A DNA stretch of 64,000 nt from Candidatus Sulfomarinibacteraceae bacterium (GTDB lineage: Bacteria > Acidobacteriota > Thermoanaerobaculia > Thermoanaerobaculales > Sulfomarinibacteraceae): assembly GCA_963796455.1 (NCBI GenBank), contig CAWCLO010000008.1:89361-153360 (forward strand), in the 5' to 3' direction. The translations under genes were made by a program, and so were the position numbers. A model generated the notes under the pieces. That model was given only the letters and a program-made list of their open reading frames with translations, was not told where the DNA came from and ran no database searches. Shown piece after piece: positions 20,087 through 29,186 of this stretch. Every line of letters starts with the position of its first letter. The first letter of the stretch is position 1.

Positions 20087-21568
20087 TTAATTGATGCTTT
20101 TTGCATCGTATGTTGCAAAACGCTGCATTTTGCGATAGAGGGTTGTACGATCGATGCCCAGAATCCGAGCCGCCTCCTGGCGGTTGCCATCGACCGCTTC
20201 GAGAACACCCTCGATGTGGCGACGTTCAATCTCGTTCAGGCTCAGCATCCCGGTGGAGCTTGGCTGGGGGCTGCCTTCGGCCCCGAGTCGAAGGTCTTCG
20301 ATCGAAATCGTTTCTTCAGGCGAGAGCGCGATCGCCGCCTGGATGGCATTTTCCAACTCCCGGACATTGCCCGGGAAGGGGTGGCTCATGAGGGCGGCCA
20401 GGGCCTCGCGGGACAAGGAGAGCCCCGGTCGACCGAATCGTTCTCCATAGAGTTCGAGAAAATGGCGGGCCAGCAGCGGGATATCGGTTCGACGTTCTCG
20501 CAATGGCGGTACATCAACGACGACCACCCGGAGACGGTAGTACAGATCTCGCCGGAACTCACCCAGTTCGACCATGGCTTCGAGATCACGGTTGGTTGCG
20601 GTCACCAGGTGGAGATCGACCGGGATTCTCTCGCGGCCGCCAAGGCGTTCGAGTTCCCGCTCCTGTACAACCCGGAGCAATTTGGCCTGGAGAGCCAGCG
20701 AAAGATCCCCGACCTCGTCGAGGAAGAGAGTGCCTCCGTGAGCCAACTCGATCTTTCCGTGGCGACGCTGCACACCTGTGGCCACGCCTTCTTCGATGCC
20801 AAAGAGCTCGGACTCCAGAAGAGACTCGGGTAGGGCGGCGCAGTTGAGTGGAACAAACGGACCCGAGGCGCGATCTGAAAAGGAATGCAACAGTCCGGCG
20901 ATCCGCTCCTTGCCGACTCCGGATTCGCCGCGGATCATCACGTTGACCCCGGTGGGTGCGGCCCTTCGGACCAGTTCCAGCATCTCTGCAATACCCGGTG
21001 CCTCGCCGATGAATCCTTCCCTCCGAGCGACATCCCGGAGGGCGCGGTTCTCATCCGCAAGCCGTTGTCTTTCTCGTTCGATGGCCGCCACACGCCGAGC
21101 CGTCGCCACCGCGGTTGCCACCATACTCGCCATCGACATCAAGAATCGTGCGTCGTTTTCAGAAAATGGTATCCGACCCTGCCGGGTTTCCTTGTCGCCA
21201 AGCACCACCATGCCGACTGTCCGTTGTTGCCACAGCATGGGTGCCGCCATGAGTTCGAAGGGCGGTTCTTCAGTATTGCGCTGTGCACGAACCACCTGGC
21301 CCGCCGCAAGGTCCTCGAGCAGGTGGGCATCGAAGAAAGAACGAACAGTCTCGGTATTCTGCGGCAGGCCTTCCGAGCGGACGACTGCCTCCTGGCCACC
21401 GGGGTGAAGCGTACTGACGAGCCCGGAACCTGCATCGAGGGTGCCGACTGCACGTTGCAGGAGCTCCTCGACCAACTCCTCTTCGGACAGAACACCACCA
21501 ATGGTCAGTGACAGATCGACCAGGGTTTCGAGCTGCAGCCCGCGCCAGTTGCGATCAAAGGAGTCCAT
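20087..21568 (-). CDS. GAF-domain sigma54 enhancer-binding protein (Fis HTH), GAFTGA replaced by GVATGV
   Basis: GESGVGKE Walker A, LFLDEVG Walker B, FPGNVREL, LGIDRTTLYRK. Confidence 0.92.
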   Translation of the reverse strand: MDSFDRNWRGLQLETLVDLSLTIGGVLSEEELVEELLQRAVGTLDAGSGLVSTLHPGGQEAVVRSEGLPQNTETVRSFFDAHLLEDLAAGQVVRAQRNTEEPPFELMAAPMLWQQRTVGMVVLGDKETRQGRIPFSENDARFLMSMASMVATAVATARRVAAIERERQRLADENRALRDVARREGFIGEAPGIAEMLELVRRAAPTGVNVMIRGESGVGKERIAGLLHSFSDRASGPFVPLNCAALPESLLESELFGIEEGVATGVQRRHGKIELAHGGTLFLDEVGDLSLALQAKLLRVVQERELERLGGRERIPVDLHLVTATNRDLEAMVELGEFRRDLYYRLRVVVVDVPPLRERRTDIPLLARHFLELYGERFGRPGLSLSREALAALMSHPFPGNVRELENAIQAAIALSPEETISIEDLRLGAEGSPQPSSTGMLSLNEIERRHIEGVLEAVDGNRQEAARILGIDRTTLYRKMQRFATYDAKSIN

Positions 21569-21631
21569 CTCGTCTCAGTGTAGCGTGGACGATCTCTCTG
21601 CTGCTCGATTGCTGAGTGGTGATCGCAGTTC

Positions 21632-21847
21632 TCAGCCTTCGGGCGAGTGTCCGATGAGCGCCTTCGGGGGTGGTGTTTGTTCCCCGGGCTCGGGCGCAGT
21701 CGAGGCCGCCATGGCGATGAAGAGCCCCACCACGTACAAAATGATGACAAGTCGGGCAAGGCTGAATCCCGGTTTCGACAGTGCGGCCTCGGCAGCACAG
21801 TCGGGAATCTCCTCCGGGGAGGCGGTGTTCAGAGTTGGTGTCTCCAT
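21632..21847 (-). CDS. Small (71 aa) single-TM protein
   Basis: METPTLNT...LARLVIILYVVGLFIAMAA; GGAG SD; directly behind a sigma54 promoter. Confidence 0.55.
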   Translation of the reverse strand: METPTLNTASPEEIPDCAAEAALSKPGFSLARLVIILYVVGLFIAMAASTAPEPGEQTPPPKALIGHSPEG

Positions 21848-21868
21848 TCTCGCTCCGGGGGAGATTGT

Positions 21869-21884
21869 CGCAAGACTGATGCCA
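21869..21884 (-). promoter_or_regulatory. sigma54 -24/-12 promoter TGGCATCAGTCTTGCG
   Basis: Consensus spacing; near-identical to the site at 19967-19982. Confidence 0.75.
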
Positions 21885-21998
21885 GGATCGACAAAGGCCC
21901 CTCGGGAATGGTGCTGTCCGGTGTGTTTCAAGTCGGAACAGTTCCCTGTTGTGGCTGCTGTACAATGCGCGGCCGAAGAACGTTGTTCGTGGAGTCGG

Positions 21999-23354
21999 AT
22001 GTTGAAGAATTCAAATTTCCTGATGCTCGCAATAATCAGTTTCCTGGCCGCGGCGGCCATTGTTCCGGGTGCGCGCTGTGAAGCGGCCGAGCAACGTCCG
22101 TCGATTGTGGTGATCACTGTCGACGCATTGCGGGCCGATCGACTCGGCTGCTACGGTTACGAACGATCGACGTCGCCGAATATCGATCGTCTGGTGGCCC
22201 GGGGAGTCCGATTCGAACGCGCGTGGACCCCTGAACCCTTGACCGGACCCGCCATGTGCTCGATGGTGACCGGGCTCTTGCCGCACCAACACGCCGCTTC
22301 GAGGAACGGTCTCCGCATGAAGGCGGGCCTCGATTCTTTTCCGCTCGCGCTGGCGGAGCAGGGCTGGAACACGGCGGCCTTCGTCGGAACCTGGACTCTC
22401 AAGGACAAATTGACGCGGCTCGGGGAGCACTTCGACGACTATGGTGAACGCCTCAAGCGCAAGCGATGGTTCGGGGTCCTCAACAGCGAAGCGACCGCGG
22501 AAGACGTCACCGATGACGCGCTCGACTGGGTCAAAAATATCAACAAAACCGACCCGGACTCGCCTTTTCTTCTCTGGACCCATTACATCGAACCTCACGC
22601 GCCCTACAGGTTTCACGATGAGTACGCCGAGCGCCTGGATGTCAACAACGACAAACTGACCAAGTCAGACCGATACGACACCGAAATCGCCGCGGTGGAC
22701 GAAAGCATCGGTCTTCTACTCGATGGAATCAGGAGATACGTCCATGAACGTGACCTGATCGTTGTCTTCACCGCCGACCATGGAGAGAGCCTCGGGGAGC
22801 ATCACTACTGGGGTCACGGCCGCTACCTCTATGAGCCGTCGCTCAGGGTGCCGCTGGCGATCGTCTGGGAAGGGCGGATCGAGGCAGGCAGCGTGACCGA
22901 ACAGGCCAATCTGATCGATCTCGCTCCGACCTTGCTCGGGCTCGCAGGCCTCGAAGCGCCGGATGATCTCCCGGGCCTGGACTGGTCGGATTCAATCCTC
23001 GCGAATGCTCCCGTTTCCGAGCAGGCTCGTTGCTTTCAGGCTCACAAGGGCGCGGTCCACGGTGGCCGCGACTCCGAACGGGCCCGATCCAAGGGTCTTT
23101 TGTGGGTTGGAGTGATCGACGGGGATCACAAGGAGATCTTCAAACCTGGTCGCCAGATCCTCCAGATATATGACCTCGGCGCCGATCCCGGTGAGCTCGA
23201 GACCCTCGCGACAGTGGAGACACGTCCGTCGGAAGAGCTGATTGCCTGTCTGGCCGAGGTGTCCGACGGACTTGGAAGTCTCGATCGCCTGGCGACTCAG
23301 AAGCTCGACGACGAAACCATCGAACAGCTCAAAGCTCTCGGTTATCTCGAGTAG
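21999..23354 (+). CDS. Sulfatase/alkaline-phosphatase-superfamily hydrolase
   Basis: ITVDALRADRLG, TSPNID, HYIEPHAPY, TADHGE, C-terminal LKALGY; Thr at the nucleophile position (LTGPAM). Confidence 0.88.
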   Translation: MLKNSNFLMLAIISFLAAAAIVPGARCEAAEQRPSIVVITVDALRADRLGCYGYERSTSPNIDRLVARGVRFERAWTPEPLTGPAMCSMVTGLLPHQHAASRNGLRMKAGLDSFPLALAEQGWNTAAFVGTWTLKDKLTRLGEHFDDYGERLKRKRWFGVLNSEATAEDVTDDALDWVKNINKTDPDSPFLLWTHYIEPHAPYRFHDEYAERLDVNNDKLTKSDRYDTEIAAVDESIGLLLDGIRRYVHERDLIVVFTADHGESLGEHHYWGHGRYLYEPSLRVPLAIVWEGRIEAGSVTEQANLIDLAPTLLGLAGLEAPDDLPGLDWSDSILANAPVSEQARCFQAHKGAVHGGRDSERARSKGLLWVGVIDGDHKEIFKPGRQILQIYDLGADPGELETLATVETRPSEELIACLAEVSDGLGSLDRLATQKLDDETIEQLKALGYLE

Positions 23355-23824
23355 ATGAGCTCCTCGAGGGCTGCCCTGAGGTGGTCCATCTGCCCGAACC
23401 CGAGACGCTGACCGATCTGGCTGGCGAAATAGAGGCAACCGCCAAGGATGGCGATCAGCGGGATCGCGATGAGGGCCCAGGGGGTCTTTTCGGTGGCCCA
23501 CTGAGCATAACCCCAGGTGGTGCCGACGAGCAGCGAGAAACCGAGACCAAAGGCGAGAAAGAGATAGAAGGTCCAAACGCTCGGGTGGGGCGAAAAGCGG
23601 CCACGAATCACCGTTCCGTCGCCGCCTTCGTCGGCCGTGACGCTGAGCCATGGCGACCACACCCTCCGTTCGTTTTCCGGGACGAAGAGCTCAGCATGGC
23701 GGCCGATCGAAACACCGGTGCAATGTGGACATGAAGGAAGCCGTTCGCGAAGTTGCTCCATGAGACTGTCGGGGTCTGTGCCAACTTCGAGTTCGAAACG
23801 AGGTCGGACTCTCGGTGCCGCCAT
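23342..23824 (-). CDS. Hypothetical membrane protein
   Basis: ORF with 2 TM segments; GGAG SD before MAAPRVRPRF. Confidence 0.7.
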   Translation of the reverse strand: MAAPRVRPRFELEVGTDPDSLMEQLRERLPSCPHCTGVSIGRHAELFVPENERRVWSPWLSVTADEGGDGTVIRGRFSPHPSVWTFYLFLAFGLGFSLLVGTTWGYAQWATEKTPWALIAIPLIAILGGCLYFASQIGQRLGFGQMDHLRAALEELIYSR

Positions 23825-23990
23825 TGTTGCTCCCCTGTCCTTCAAAAATGATTCTTGATCGCAAGTCTACCTCAGCCATCGGTGCAAAAACCTCGGTATA
23901 CGGTTTGGTCGCCGGGACCGGGGTTGACGGAGGCTGCCTGGGGATAGACCATATTCTGGTGAGACACGAGGATTCGGAGGTTGAGCCACT

Positions 23991-24287
23991 ATGATCAGAC
24001 GACGAAAAATCGCTGGTTCTTCAATCGTCAAGGTGAGCTTTGTTCTGGCGGGAGATGACTCTCGCCTTCCGGCATCGCTGGTGGGTGAATTCAACGATTG
24101 GGATCCGGCGGCGGATCCATTCCGTCGCCGTTCCAACGGGACCGTCAGCGCCGTCGTGTCGCTCCAGCAGGGGGAATCATGTCGTTTCCGATATCGCAGC
24201 CATGATGGTTCGTGGTTTGACGAAGAAAATGCCGATGGTTACGATGCGAATTCGTACGGTACGAACGATTGTGTGGTGACGGTCTGA
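23991..24287 (+). CDS. Isoamylase early-set (CBM48/AMPK-like) domain protein
   Basis: SLVGEFNDWDP...FRYR...WFDEENADGY; GGAGG SD. Confidence 0.8.
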   Translation: MIRRRKIAGSSIVKVSFVLAGDDSRLPASLVGEFNDWDPAADPFRRRSNGTVSAVVSLQQGESCRFRYRSHDGSWFDEENADGYDANSYGTNDCVVTV

Positions 24288-24291
24288 GTTT

Positions 24292-24888
24292 CTACCGGAT
24301 CTGGGTCTGTTCCCCGAGTTCGAAGGGAATCCGGGCCGTGCTCTCTTCGAGATCGATCATCAGCACCCATCTTCCAGCCTGGACTCCCACCATTGGAGTG
24401 AAGACGAGCGGTCCGCTGCACCACTGATCCGTCTGCAGACGGATGGAGGACCGATCTGCAAAAGTTCCGGCCGGGGCCAAAAACCACACTTCGCAGGCCC
24501 GGCCGAGCCCTTCGAGGCGGCGCGCCGGCGGCCCCCAGGCATCCATTGATTCGAGAGCGATTCGGATTTTGGGAGCAACGCGCTGGAATTCTTTTCTTTC
24601 CATCAGAGGCAGTTCGCGCCCGTCATTCGTGCGAACCCTGATGTTCTTGGCGTCGACCGTCGGAGACCCACCAGGGGCGGCGGTGAGCGAAATTTTGAGA
24701 ACCAGCCACTCGTGGCCGAGGTGGTCGCTCGCCCAACGATAGATCAGCTCGGCCTTGATTTCAGGCCCGTCGTAGAGGGCGACATAGCGGGAACTCTGGG
24801 TGACTCCAGGGGTATCGGTGGGATAAGAAGTCGAGCACGCGGCCAGGATCGTGAGGATCGGAAAGAGAAGGAGCCGATGTGTCCGCAT
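24292..24888 (-). CDS. Hypothetical lipoprotein
   Basis: Lipobox ILAAC; GGAGG SD. Confidence 0.7.
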   Translation of the reverse strand: MRTHRLLLFPILTILAACSTSYPTDTPGVTQSSRYVALYDGPEIKAELIYRWASDHLGHEWLVLKISLTAAPGGSPTVDAKNIRVRTNDGRELPLMERKEFQRVAPKIRIALESMDAWGPPARRLEGLGRACEVWFLAPAGTFADRSSIRLQTDQWCSGPLVFTPMVGVQAGRWVLMIDLEESTARIPFELGEQTQIR

Positions 24889-24967
24889 GAGACCTCCGGG
24901 CAAAAGTATACGAAGACCCGCAGGCGACGGGTTTGGTTTTTTGCATATCCGGTTCGCCGTGGCCCCG

Positions 24968-25075
24968 AGTTCGAGTCCGAGTTCGCGTCCGTGCCCGAGG
25001 ATTGCAGCGGCAGCGACAGTGTCCAGGGGCAGCGTCAGTGAACAGCGACAGCGACAGTGAACAGTGTTCAGCGGA
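24968..25075 (+). repeat. Hexamer-array cassette tail (GAGTYC + CAGCGW)
   Basis: Resembles the tails at 4896-4970 and 10220-10345. Confidence 0.7.
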
Positions 25076-25086
25076 ACGGCCTCGGC

Positions 25087-25668
25087 TGCTGCGAGGTAGA
25101 GAGGCCCCTCACGAAAAGAAAAAGCCGCCCGTTTGGGCGGCTATGAACTGAAGTGGCGGGGCCGACGAGACTCGACACCGCCGGCGGCTGCGGATGTCGG
25201 AGCGCGCAATCGGCAGGGCGGAGTGGGCTGCGACGACCCGCAGGCGACGGTGCTGCGAGGTAGAGAGGCCCCTCACGAAAAGAAAAAGCCGCCCGTTTGG
25301 GCGGCTATGAACTGAAGTGGCGGGGCCGACGAGACTCGACACCGCCGGCGGCTGCGGATGTCGGAGCGCGCAATCGGCAGGGCGGAGTGGGCTGCGACGA
25401 CCCGCAGGCGACGGTGCTGCGAGGTAGAGAGGCCCCCTCACGAAAAGAAAAAGCCGCCCGTTTGGGCGGCTATGAACTGAAGTGGCGGGGCCGACGAGAC
25501 TCGACACCGCCGGCGGCTGCGGATGTCGGAGCGCGCAATCGGCAGGGCGGAGTGGGCTGCGACGACCCGCAGGCGACGGTGCTGCGAGGTAGAGAGGCCC
25601 CTCACGAAAAGAAAAAGCCGCCCGTTTGGGCGGCTATGAACTGAAGTGGCGGGGCCGACGAGACTCGA
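25087..25668 (-). repeat. 164-bp tandem repeat (3 full copies + partial), each with 22 nt of the tRNA-Asp 3' end and a terminator hairpin
   Basis: Unit starts at 25087, 25251, 25415, 25580; tggcggggccgacgagactcga and agccgcccgtttgggcggct plus A-tract in each. Confidence 0.95.
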
Positions 25669-25723
25669 ACTCGCGACCTCAGGCGTGACAGGCCTGCGTT
25701 CTAACCAGCTGAACTACGACCCC
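25647..25723 (-). tRNA. tRNA-Asp(GTC)
   Basis: GGGGTCG acceptor, GTC anticodon, TTCGA T-loop, CCA encoded. Confidence 0.97.
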
Positions 25724-25744
25724 GCACAAACTCTTTCGGGTCTT

Positions 25745-25820
25745 TGGTGGGAGGTGGGGGATTTGAACCCACGACTCCCTGCGTGTAAGGCAGGTGCTCT
25801 GACCCCTGAGCTAACCTCCC
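25745..25820 (-). tRNA. tRNA-Val(TAC)
   Basis: GGGAGGT acceptor, CTTACAC anticodon loop, GGTTCAAATCC, CCA encoded. Confidence 0.97.
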
Positions 25821-25843
25821 GACGGCGAACCGTTGGGAGCGAC

Positions 25844-25872
25844 ATGGTAGAGGCCAACGCGATGCATGTCAA
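25844..25872 (-). promoter_or_regulatory. sigma70 promoter of the tRNA operon
   Basis: TTGACA-17bp-TACCAT. Confidence 0.8.
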
Positions 25873-25967
25873 CCCTGAAGGGTCGATTTGAACTTCACCG
25901 AGGAAGCGGTGGCCGGGGAGAGCGGATCTGCTTTACAACGCCCGTCGTGATGCAATAACCTGGGTCC

Positions 25968-27086
25968 ATGAGCGACCCTCACGAAATATGGCAATTCGGC
26001 CAGTGGATCGCGCGCCGGGAGAGCGGCGCGGCGCGCCTCGGATGGTCGAACGGCGAGTTGATCCTGCGCCTCCACAACGGACGAATTCGATTCGTCGAGG
26101 GTGTTGATCATCTTGAACTCGCGCGCCGGTTGAGTTGTGAACCAATCGGCAATGTCGATCTCCTCGAAGAAGCGCGTGCATTGGCCAGGGATCGGCAGAT
26201 CGCCGAGACCTTTGCCATGGGCGCAGCCAAGGAGCTTTTGCAGGCCAAACTTCGAGAGTGGTTCCTCGATCCGGAGAGGGAACTCGAAGTCGTCGAGGGT
26301 GACCCCGACGAGGTTGCCGGCGCGACGATCTCGATCACTCACACCCTGGTCGAACTCGTTCTGTCCGACACCACCGGCAAAACGGCAGCGGCGATCTTGC
26401 CCGATCTCGACGTTCTGTTGAGCCGGTCGCCCGATTTTCTCGATCTCTATGCTCCCCTGCGTCTGTCGGAGGAGGCGGATCTCATCGTCTCCAAGATCAC
26501 CGGCGAGCGCACCGCCGGCGAGGTGGCCGGTCGATCCGATCACGGACTCGACGAGGTCCATCGTTTGTTGGCTGCACTGGTTGTTACCGGGATCCTCGAG
26601 CCCGAACCGAGCCTCGTTGTGGACGGTGATGTCGATCTCCTGCCGATTGACGACCTCGATTCAAGTCCACAGCGGCGAATTCCTGTTATGTGGATCGTAG
26701 GAGCGGCCGTTGTGCTGGTGTTGGCTTTGGCAGTCATCGCCTGGATGACGAGGAAATCAGACCAAACAGCGCCGACGACATCGGCTGAGTCGGTGGAATC
26801 GGTTGGACCCGGATGGGCACTGGTCATCGATATGGGTTGCGAACCTCAGGATTTGCAACGAATTTCGGAGAAGGCCAACGAGGATCCGAAATTGAAACCG
26901 GTTGCCGCGGACTCGGGAAACGATGATCCTTGTTGGCGATTGGTGTGGGGTCGCTATCCAACACGGAAGGATGCAGCGGCGGCTGTCAGCGAGATTCCGG
27001 CCAAGTTCCTCCGGGAGGGATTTGATCCCCGACCCTTAGAAATCACCGAAGAGGATTTGGATTCACCGTATCCAGCCGGCGGCTGA
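25968..27086 (+). CDS. DUF4388-like + TM + SPOR-like domain protein
   Basis: RESGAARL...ILRLHNGRI N-terminus; TM helix; WRLVWGRYPTRKDA SPOR-like. Confidence 0.6.
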   Translation: MSDPHEIWQFGQWIARRESGAARLGWSNGELILRLHNGRIRFVEGVDHLELARRLSCEPIGNVDLLEEARALARDRQIAETFAMGAAKELLQAKLREWFLDPERELEVVEGDPDEVAGATISITHTLVELVLSDTTGKTAAAILPDLDVLLSRSPDFLDLYAPLRLSEEADLIVSKITGERTAGEVAGRSDHGLDEVHRLLAALVVTGILEPEPSLVVDGDVDLLPIDDLDSSPQRRIPVMWIVGAAVVLVLALAVIAWMTRKSDQTAPTTSAESVESVGPGWALVIDMGCEPQDLQRISEKANEDPKLKPVAADSGNDDPCWRLVWGRYPTRKDAAAAVSEIPAKFLREGFDPRPLEITEEDLDSPYPAGG

Positions 27087-27091
27087 CCATC

Positions 27092-28639
27092 ATGCCCGAG
27101 CCCAAACGTCAACCGCTGCCATCACTGCTGGCTGAACTTGCGTCGCGCAAATCGACCGGTTCACTGGTGGCTCATTCAGATGGAGAGACTCGGGAGATCC
27201 TGCTGACCAATGGCGAGGTCAGGGCATCCCGCTCGCACGTGGAAAGCGAAAAACTGGGAATGTGGTTGGTGTCCCAGGGCAGAATCAGTGAGGATGACCG
27301 CGCGCTGATTCTCCTGGCCCAGGGCGGCGGTGACTCGCCCCCTCTCGGCCACATCCTGGTGACAAGAGGCTATCTTTCCCGTGAGGAACTCGAACAGGAA
27401 CTTGAGGACCTGGCCTTGACGATCATCAAACGGGCGTCTTCCTCACGACGCACGAAATGCGAGTTTGTTGATGGTGGGGGAAAGTCTCAACTCGACACCC
27501 TACCCAATGTCGTGACCTCGGAGATCATCCTCATCGCCGCCCGCGCGTGTGCTGACGATGAAGCGATTCGGACCGTCATCGGCTCACCGAATCAGCCGGT
27601 TCGTTTGTCCAGTGCTCTCAGCGACATGCTCGAAGACGTCCAGTTGACACCGACCGAAGGCTTTCTCTTGAGTCGGATCGACAGCGCCAGCGACGTCGCA
27701 GGTCTGATTCAACTTTCGGGTTTGCCGGAGAGCGAAACTTTTACCACGCTCTATACATTGATGATGTCGGGAACGGTGGAAATCAGTGGCGTTGAACCGG
27801 TTACGATCGACCACAAGGTGGTGGGGGACGAGGAGTCGCCACCCGTGCGCGGTGGCGACGATCCGGAGGCCGCGGCGGTTGATCAGATCGAGTTCTCGGA
27901 TCGCCAGCTCGAAGAACGACGCCATATCCGCAGACTCGCCGACGACATCACCAAGGTCGATCACTACCGGGCGCTCGGGCTCAGACGAGAGGCCAAACCG
28001 AACGAGATCAAAGACGCGTGGGACAAGATCCAGGGCCGTTATTCCCCCGAGATGAGCGGGCCGCATCTGCTTGACATGATTCCCCATCTCGAGAGGATCG
28101 TCGAACGCGGCAGGGTCGCCTACGATCTTTTGTCTTCCTTCAAAGATCGACAACGCTACGACAAAATCCTCGATACGATGGAAGACGAACGGACGGCAGT
28201 CGAACAGACCCGAAAGGGCGACGTCGACCCGGCGGCGCGCAAGGCTCTGGTCGAAGCCAACCTCAAACGCGCCAACGAGCTGATCAAGCAGGACGAACTC
28301 TATCTGGCGATCCAACTTCTCGAACAGGCCTGTGCTCTCGACCCCCGGCCCGAAGAGCTGCTCAAGCTCGCCAAGCTTCTGCAACGCAACCCCCTCTGGG
28401 TCAACCGCTCCCTGGCTTGCATGAGGCGGGCGATCGAGGCGAATCCACGGTATGTGGAGGCGTGGCTCGAGCTCGCCTCATTCTGGCGCCGGCGAAACCA
28501 CTCGGAACGCCAGCGTAAATCGCTCGAACGCGCTTTGGCGATCGATCCCGATAATGTCCTCGCCAACCAGATGTACAAGGAGCTTGTCGGGGCCCGCGAA
28601 CTGCAGCGTCTGCTGCGCCGCGCCCGGCAGATGCATTGA
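27092..28639 (+). CDS. DUF4388-like + degenerate J-domain + TPR protein
   Basis: STGSL...EKLGMWLV, LTPTEGFLLSRID, DHYRALGL...YSPE (no HPD), TPR repeats. Confidence 0.7.
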   Translation: MPEPKRQPLPSLLAELASRKSTGSLVAHSDGETREILLTNGEVRASRSHVESEKLGMWLVSQGRISEDDRALILLAQGGGDSPPLGHILVTRGYLSREELEQELEDLALTIIKRASSSRRTKCEFVDGGGKSQLDTLPNVVTSEIILIAARACADDEAIRTVIGSPNQPVRLSSALSDMLEDVQLTPTEGFLLSRIDSASDVAGLIQLSGLPESETFTTLYTLMMSGTVEISGVEPVTIDHKVVGDEESPPVRGGDDPEAAAVDQIEFSDRQLEERRHIRRLADDITKVDHYRALGLRREAKPNEIKDAWDKIQGRYSPEMSGPHLLDMIPHLERIVERGRVAYDLLSSFKDRQRYDKILDTMEDERTAVEQTRKGDVDPAARKALVEANLKRANELIKQDELYLAIQLLEQACALDPRPEELLKLAKLLQRNPLWVNRSLACMRRAIEANPRYVEAWLELASFWRRRNHSERQRKSLERALAIDPDNVLANQMYKELVGARELQRLLRRARQMH

Positions 28640-28649
28640 GCCCTTCGAT

Positions 28650-29096
28650 ATGCCGGTTGTGATCGACGGCAACAATCTCCTCCACGCCACAGTCGGCGCC
28701 CGCGACCGGGGAGACGTCCGCCGCCAGGCACTTGAATCGGTCCGCAACGAGGGGATGGATCTGACCGTCGTTTTCGATGGTCCCCCACCATCCGGTTCGC
28801 CCGTCCTCGAGCACCTTGGCCGCGTCACCGTGCACTATGCGGGAGGCCGGTCCGCCGATGAGGTCATCCTCCAGATCATACCCAACGGCCCGCGCGCCAC
28901 GGAATGGGTGGTCGTGACCGACGATCGGGAGCTGCGTGATCGAGCGCGTGGTCGGGGTGCCCGGATCCGGTCTCTTTCTGAGTGGCGTCGCCGTCGGGTG
29001 AGGCGTCCGGTTCGAGCGACCCACGAAGCCAAGCTGTCTCCGCACGATGTGGCCGACTGGGAGGCATTCTTTGCCCGCAATGAAGATGAAGACTGA
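28650..29096 (+). CDS. NYN/YacP-like PIN-fold protein
   Basis: IDGNNL, VVFDG, SADEVI, VVTDDREL. Confidence 0.8.
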   Translation: MPVVIDGNNLLHATVGARDRGDVRRQALESVRNEGMDLTVVFDGPPPSGSPVLEHLGRVTVHYAGGRSADEVILQIIPNGPRATEWVVVTDDRELRDRARGRGARIRSLSEWRRRRVRRPVRATHEAKLSPHDVADWEAFFARNEDED

Positions 29097-29186
29097 AGCT
29101 GGGCTTTTGTAGGCTTGCCACTTGGCATCATGGGGAGTGGCTAGTACACTCCCGCCGCAACGAACAGTCGAGGGAGGATCCGAATC

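Noticed and set aside
25087..25668. CRISPR array
   Set aside because: Units are identical over their whole length with no unique spacers, derive from a tRNA end, and no cas genes are present.
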